A stretch of DNA of 57,874 bases from Candidatus Peregrinibacteria bacterium. GTDB taxonomy: Bacteria > Patescibacteriota > Gracilibacteria > Peribacterales > Peribacteraceae. The DNA is taken from contig JAYUSS010000044.1 of the NCBI GenBank assembly GCA_043755535.1, positions 1 through 57,874 of the forward strand. The letters are read 5' to 3'. This document shows, piece by piece, positions 53,072-57,874 of this stretch. A program made the translations under genes and the position numbers. How positions within the stretch are numbered: the first letter of the stretch is position 1; every line of letters begins with the position of its first letter. The notes below the pieces were generated by a model. The model made no database searches. It was given only the letters and a program-made list of their open reading frames with translations, and was not told where the DNA came from.

Positions 53072-54358
53072 TTACGCAGCCGATGGCTGCTCAATCACCT
53101 GCCGTTCAATCCGTGCCCCTACTGCACGCAGTCTCTCATCAAGCCTCTCATATCCTCGCTCGATGTACTTCACGTCGGTGATCGTCGTCGTCCCTTCGGC
53201 ACAGAGGCCGGCCAGTACCATCGCGGCACCGGCGCGGATGTCGTTACTGGCAACGAGGCGACCCTTGAGTGGAGCGGGTCCAATCACGAGTGCTTCATGT
53301 GAGTTGAGGATCTCTACCTGTGCGCCCAATTTCTCAAGCTCATACAAGTACCCCAGGCGCCCGTCGAACAGCGTTTCAAAGACTCTGCTTACACCCTTAG
53401 CCTGTGTCATAAGCACGCCCATTGGCGCCTGCAAATCGGTCGGGAAGCCAGGGAAAATATTTGTCTGCAACTTGAAGGCACTTAAGAACGACAGTTCTCC
53501 ATCAACAAATAACGTCTTATCTTCGGGAGTGTATTTAAAGATTCCTCCGGCTCGGCGGATGGTGTCCAGAAACATTGTCAAATGGCTGTCATCAACATCT
53601 TTAATACGGAGCTTCCCGCGTGTTACCAGCGCTGCAATCACAAAGCATCCTGCTTCCAAGTAATCGAATGGCACACGGTGCGTGACGGCATGGAGGTTTG
53701 GATTTCCTTCAATGGTCATGGTGTGCGTACCGATGCCGTCGATCGTTGCACCCATCGCAACCGCCATACGGGCACATTCCTGCACATGTGGCTCGGCTGC
53801 TGCAATCTCAATTGTGGTCTTACCGGAAAGCAGTGATGCAGCCCAAAGCGCGTTTTCCGTCGCGGTCACCGAGAACTCGGGGAGAATGACGCGAGATGGT
53901 TTTAACTGTCCTTGTAGGTGCAATACGTCGGATGTGCTCATGTTATTGGCCCCCATCTGTTCTAGCGCAAGAATATGCGCTTCTACCGTGCGCCCCTTTC
54001 CAAGCACACAACCACCGGGATAACTCATTTCCACGACCCCGAAGCGTGCAAGCAATGGCCCAAGCAGCACAATGCAACCGCGGAGCTTACTGACAAGTTC
54101 GTGTGGAATCGGTTTGTTCTGGAGATTAGTTGTGTTGATGCGCACCGTGCCGTCGACAAATGATGTCTGTGCTCCCAAGAATTCAAGAATAGAGAGCATG
54201 ATCTCGACATCGCGTAGCCTCGGGACGTTGGTCAGAACAGTCTCCCCAGAAACAAGTACAGAGCCGGCAATCATCGGCAATGCGGCGTTTTTAGAGCCGC
54301 TGACGGTGATTTCCCCTTGGAGCGGAACTCCTCCGGTAATTTGATAGCGAATGTCCAT
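53072..54358 (-). CDS. murA: UDP-N-acetylglucosamine 1-carboxyvinyltransferase
   Basis: ITGGVPLQGEITVSGSKNAALPMIAGSVL, PGGCVLG (catalytic Cys), FPGFPTDLQ. Start ATG 54358 is preceded by TATACT-N8. Confidence 0.95.
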   Translation of the reverse strand: MDIRYQITGGVPLQGEITVSGSKNAALPMIAGSVLVSGETVLTNVPRLRDVEIMLSILEFLGAQTSFVDGTVRINTTNLQNKPIPHELVSKLRGCIVLLGPLLARFGVVEMSYPGGCVLGKGRTVEAHILALEQMGANNMSTSDVLHLQGQLKPSRVILPEFSVTATENALWAASLLSGKTTIEIAAAEPHVQECARMAVAMGATIDGIGTHTMTIEGNPNLHAVTHRVPFDYLEAGCFVIAALVTRGKLRIKDVDDSHLTMFLDTIRRAGGIFKYTPEDKTLFVDGELSFLSAFKLQTNIFPGFPTDLQAPMGVLMTQAKGVSRVFETLFDGRLGYLYELEKLGAQVEILNSHEALVIGPAPLKGRLVASNDIRAGAAMVLAGLCAEGTTTITDVKYIERGYERLDERLRAVGARIERQVIEQPSAA

Positions 54359-54446
54359 AGGAGGGAAGTATAGAGAAAAAATATGTAGCAAACTGTCAAA
54401 ATACAGTGGTTTTTGTCCTTTATGGGAGAAAAAGACCCAGACTTCT

Positions 54447-54543
54447 AAGATCCAAGATCCAAAAAACAAGATCCAAAACGGGTAATAATTGAATGCACGT
54501 AACGTCAGACTTTTGGATCTTGGAATTTGGACCTTGGATCTTT
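54447..54543. repeat. word-repeat hairpin (GATCCAAG words) in a divergent intergenic region
   Basis: AAGATCCAAGATCCAAAAAACAAGATCCAAAAC-loop-CTTTTGGATCTTGGAATTTGGACCTTGGATCTTT. Confidence 0.8.
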
Positions 54544-54589
54544 ATCATGATTCTGGCCAAAAGATCATTTTTTCTTTACCATCACAGTA

Positions 54590-55117
54590 ATGTTAACCTT
54601 CACCCCCCTCGCCGGTTCTTCTATTCGCATTGTTGGCGGACAGCTGCCTATTGTGTCGTTCCCGGCGGAGGTAGTAGCGGGGGCAATTAACTTACTCCCA
54701 AGCCCCCAAGAACACCCCAGCCGTGAGACGATCTCGTGGCCCGGTGAGTATGACGTTGCCGGTATCACCATTCGCGGTGTCGGCCATGCGGAGGGACAGA
54801 AAGTATCCTATGTTGTCGAAGTTGATAGCGTACGTATCGCCTTCCCGGCTACTCCATTAGATGTGTGGGAAGAATCCGATATTGAGCATTTGGGCGAAGT
54901 ACATGTGCTGGTGCTGCCGACTGATGACGCAAAGATTTGCCAAAAACTACTCGACGACGTGGACCCTCGTGTCCTGATTATTGTCCCCGGTGCCGATGGC
55001 AACCTGAACGTTGATGTGCTCAAGGCTTGTGGCGCAATCGATAAGGAGCGAGTTTCTGAGTACAAGCTGAAGGGTGCGTTGCCACAGGATGGGCGGGAGG
55101 TGGTAGTGTTTGCGTAA
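54590..55117 (+). CDS. hypothetical protein (175 aa), possibly a degenerate MBL-fold protein
   Basis: Strand-rich pattern ITIRGVGHAEG...VHVLVLPTDD...RVLIIVPG resembles small UPF0173-type MBL proteins, but HxHxDH is absent. Confidence 0.55.
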   Translation: MLTFTPLAGSSIRIVGGQLPIVSFPAEVVAGAINLLPSPQEHPSRETISWPGEYDVAGITIRGVGHAEGQKVSYVVEVDSVRIAFPATPLDVWEESDIEHLGEVHVLVLPTDDAKICQKLLDDVDPRVLIIVPGADGNLNVDVLKACGAIDKERVSEYKLKGALPQDGREVVVFA

Positions 55118-55182
55118 TTCCTAATTCTCAATTAAGAATTGACCAGACGTCGTCCATCTCGGATGGACTATGCCCGGCAAGT

Positions 55183-55223
55183 AATTGATAATGAAAACAG
55201 AAATTTTCAATTATCAATTTTTC
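55183..55223 (+). terminator. word-repeat hairpin (AATTGATAAT words) with T-run
   Basis: AATTGATAATGAAAA-CAG-AAATTTTCAATTATCAATT followed by TTTT. Confidence 0.6.
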
Positions 55224-55273
55224 ACTTGTCGCGGCGGAGGCCGCAGCCGCAGTCGGATTTTCAATTCGTCCAT

Positions 55274-55348
55274 GGCCCTGTAGTTCAACGGATAGAACAA
55301 CCCCGTCCTAAGGGGTAAATATTGGTTCAATTCCAATCGGGGCTACCA
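55274..55348 (+). tRNA. tRNA-Arg (anticodon CCU), CCA encoded
   Basis: GGCCCTG-TA-GTTC-AACGGATA-GAAC-A-ACCCC-GTCCTAA-GGGGT-AAAT-ATTGG-TTCAATT-CCAAT-CGGGGCT-A-CCA. Confidence 0.88.
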
Positions 55349-55513
55349 TTCGACTTGCGTCTCGCGCTACCGGCGCTCGCCACTCGCTCACCGTTCGACC
55401 CCGAGCTCACGGTCGAGGGGTGGTTTCGGCCCTTGTGGGGCCTCAGCCATTCTTTTGTAAAGCGAGTCGAATGACCCGGACTATCAGAGTTTTTCTATTT
55501 CACAGGCGAGCGT

Positions 55514-56224
55514 ATGCTTATGCGCATGAAACAGCATAAATACTTAGAGTGGATTGTAATGCTCTACATCACGATGCAGATCGTGTCAGATGTTAGTGCA
55601 GGAAAAATTATCCAGTTAGGTATTCTCACTGTTTCAGCGACAGTTTTTTATTTTCCATTCACCTACATCTTTGCGGATATTCTGACTGAGGTATATGGCT
55701 ACGCAGAATCTCGCAGAGCAATTTGGAAAGCATTCTTCTGCTCGGTTATAGCTGGTCTTGTTTTTCAAGTGATTGTCTTTTTGCCACCGGCAATGGGATT
55801 CGATGCAAACGATGCATATACAAGAGTATTGGGCTCCGTTCCTCGCATCTTAATTGGAGGATGGATTGCGGTGTGGGCGGGAGCGATCTTGAATGATTAT
55901 GTACTCGCCAAAATGAAGGTTTGGACAAATGGTAAATACCTTTGGGCCCGTACAATTGGATCGACTGTGCTTGGGGAAGGTGTGAATACTATTCTGTTTT
56001 ATAGTATTGCACTCTACGGAGTCATTCCAAACGAGTTGCTGGTGTCGTCGGTCTTATCTGGATGGTTTATAAAAACACTTGTTGAAATTGTCATGACCCC
56101 AGTCACATATGTCGTTATCAAAAAATTAAAGAAGACCGAAGGTATCGACTACTACGACAAAGATACTGACTTCAATCCCTTTACTTTTGGCCTCGGTAAA
56201 AAAAGCCAAGGTAAAATAAATTGA
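55514..56224 (+). CDS. yhhQ: queuosine-precursor transporter (YhhQ/DUF165 family)
   Basis: QIVSDVSAGKIIQLGILTVSATVFYFPFTYIFADILTEVYGY and six TM helices. Confidence 0.85.
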   Translation: MLMRMKQHKYLEWIVMLYITMQIVSDVSAGKIIQLGILTVSATVFYFPFTYIFADILTEVYGYAESRRAIWKAFFCSVIAGLVFQVIVFLPPAMGFDANDAYTRVLGSVPRILIGGWIAVWAGAILNDYVLAKMKVWTNGKYLWARTIGSTVLGEGVNTILFYSIALYGVIPNELLVSSVLSGWFIKTLVEIVMTPVTYVVIKKLKKTEGIDYYDKDTDFNPFTFGLGKKSQGKIN

Positions 56225-56331
56225 GAAACCCTGGTTGCCATTGACAAGAATCTGGATCAGTATAGTGTGCGTCACTTTTCCCCCAACCCGCAGTTCCCCT
56301 CTCAAATCCAGACGTCGGAAATTTTGAAACG

Positions 56332-57015
56332 TTGCTCTTCCAAAAACTGGAAGATCCGCTTTTTCTTCCTACCCGTTCCCAGTTGGAGCGGGCATTCGGC
56401 GTGCAGGGATTCCGTCCTCAAAAACTCTCACGGTTTTATCTGGACAGGGATAAACCGGTGCATAGTCACGAAGTCTTGAACCGCGAAATGATTCGTGAGC
56501 TTTCGCTATATTTCGTCGATCGAATTTCTTCTCTGATAGCCCGGCAAGATGCAGAGGTACCTATACCGATTGTGGAAGTGGGAGCGGGTACGGGACGATT
56601 AAGCTATTTCTTGCGACAGAGTATTGATCGGTTGTTGCCTGGCTGTGCACAGTTCCACCCAATCGATTCAGGTGAAGACGGCATCATTTCTTTGGCTGAG
56701 ACGGATATTCTCGATGCTGCCCAAGCGATGGATACATATCAGCCTTCATTGGTCATTTGTTCCTGGATGGCGCCAAAGGTCGATCTGACCCCTATTTTTC
56801 GTGGGAATCCGTCGGTGCGGGAATATATTCTCTTGGGTGAAAAAGCATGCTGCGGCAAATATCCCGAAACATGGTCGGCGAAAGACGGGTTTACCGCGAT
56901 AGACCTCGTAGGGATTCAAAAGCACCAGATCGGTTCCATGGATCAGCATATGAATAGGGATAAGGCCATGGGCAATATTTCTAGTGCGGTGGCGTTTCGG
57001 CGTATATCTTTGTGA
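56332..57015 (+). CDS. class I SAM-dependent methyltransferase-like protein
   Basis: Motif I IVEVGAGTGRLSYFL; TTG start in the ORF track, true start uncertain. Confidence 0.6.
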   Translation: MLFQKLEDPLFLPTRSQLERAFGVQGFRPQKLSRFYLDRDKPVHSHEVLNREMIRELSLYFVDRISSLIARQDAEVPIPIVEVGAGTGRLSYFLRQSIDRLLPGCAQFHPIDSGEDGIISLAETDILDAAQAMDTYQPSLVICSWMAPKVDLTPIFRGNPSVREYILLGEKACCGKYPETWSAKDGFTAIDLVGIQKHQIGSMDQHMNRDKAMGNISSAVAFRRISL

Positions 57016-57209
57016 TGCGATGTTTTTGCCATGCGATTGTCATCGCATATGGCTTCGCATTTGATTTGATTCTAATCTACCGCAATTTTGTGAGTCTTTT
57101 CTTTACGATAAGCCAAATGCTACACCGATATTCATATGGTTTTCATTGCAACTTGGTATAATCTACCATTTGAGGCATATCCCCCGTCAGCTTTTAAACC
57201 TTTAGACCT

Positions 57210-57782
57210 TTGCGACTTTGCCATACACTTATATACGTGAATCCAATTTTTATTATTGGCTTGATAGGCGCTCTCGTTCTTGTTGTGGGTGCAGCGTATC
57301 CACCTGAACACGTGGTCCATCCAGCAAAATCTATAAAGAATTGGCTTTTTGCAATTGGCGGATTGCTTATGCTCCTCTATTCACTGTTCAGCTATCTAGC
57401 AGGAGGAACCATCTTTTTTTTGATACTCCAAGTCTTCATTAACTTCACAAGCATTTTGATGATGTTGAATACTACCGACAAATTCGATACTCCATTTATT
57501 GCAGTTGGAGGAATCGCGATGGTTGCTTGGTCCCTCTATTTATTTGAAGGGCTGAATACCGTGTATTTTGTTGTTGGATTATCTGGGATTGGCCTCGGCT
57601 ATGCCTTGGATATGGGTACGTTTAAACGGAATGCAGCACTTACTCTTGGCAGCGGACTCATTGCCCTGTTTAGCTACATAGAAGGAAATATGATTTTCTT
57701 CTGGCTCAATCTTTTCTTCGCATTGTTCTCCGGATACTATGCTCTAATTGTTTTTGGTAAGACAAAAGCAAAAATAAAGTGA
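57210..57782 (+). CDS. integral membrane protein (about 6 TM)
   Basis: Hydrophobic throughout. TGGTATAAT promoter at 57155-57163. Start is either TTG 57210 or GTG 57237. Confidence 0.6.
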   Translation: MRLCHTLIYVNPIFIIGLIGALVLVVGAAYPPEHVVHPAKSIKNWLFAIGGLLMLLYSLFSYLAGGTIFFLILQVFINFTSILMMLNTTDKFDTPFIAVGGIAMVAWSLYLFEGLNTVYFVVGLSGIGLGYALDMGTFKRNAALTLGSGLIALFSYIEGNMIFFWLNLFFALFSGYYALIVFGKTKAKIK

Positions 57783-57874
57783 AGAACCCTGCGTCCCGCC
57801 CCTGCACTCCGCTGCGGCTGCGCTCCGGGGCTTGAACGCAGGGCATCTTCACCCTCGTTATTCGAGATCGAACA

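Noticed and set aside
53072-54469. The full-length 465-aa murA ORF starting at 54469.
   Set aside because: The first 37 codons translate the GATCCAAG word hairpin and the promoter region. Conserved MurA begins at MDIRYQITGG (ATG 54358).
55440-55513. A preQ1 riboswitch upstream of the yhhQ-like transporter.
   Set aside because: I could not find the preQ1-I or preQ1-II consensus (hairpin plus A-rich tail with ACTA). The region is instead part of a long REP-like inverted repeat (CATTCGACT...AGTCGAATG).

Overview
This 57.9 kb bacterial fragment uses the standard genetic code; TGA, TAA and TAG all end well-conserved genes. Gene content and style suggest an uncultivated monoderm, CPR/Patescibacteria-like lineage, but that is inference only. 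Housekeeping genes recognised are smpB, recR, nusA, tsaB, secA, holB, murA, a yhhQ-like transporter, RNase P RNA, tRNA-Thr(UGU) and tRNA-Arg(CCU). A type IV pilus locus spans about 12 kb (5004-16873). It contains a receiver protein, pilB, pilC, four pseudopilins (two very large), two major-pilin paralogs and a PAS histidine kinase; pilD lies at 1841. Accessory content is as follows. (1) A roughly 4.5 kb AT-richer element sits at tRNA-Thr and carries a Rep_trans-type initiator and a large serine recombinase. (2) There are two type II TA modules (yafQ/dinJ, abrB/relE), an orphan AbiEi and a Fic protein. (3) Three SLH-domain paralogs are present. (4) One protein fuses an HD domain to a cNMP-binding domain. 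The four observations I rate highest follow. (a) Four decayed copies of the holB promoter plus first codons each sit in front of an accessory cassette upstream of the real holB. (b) A 71-nt tRNA-Ala/tmRNA-like minihelix lies next to a promoter/terminator-bounded partner that is complementary to it, and nearby 50-nt direct repeats flank a TA cassette. (c) A genome-specific family of intergenic hairpins is built from degenerate 7-10 nt words; these words also appear inside coding genes, and some arms abut leaderless start codons. (d) GC-rich palindromic elements are inserted in frame in two divergent genes, and a small hairpin motif is inserted inside rnpB. All functional calls rest on motif recognition by eye; no searches were run.
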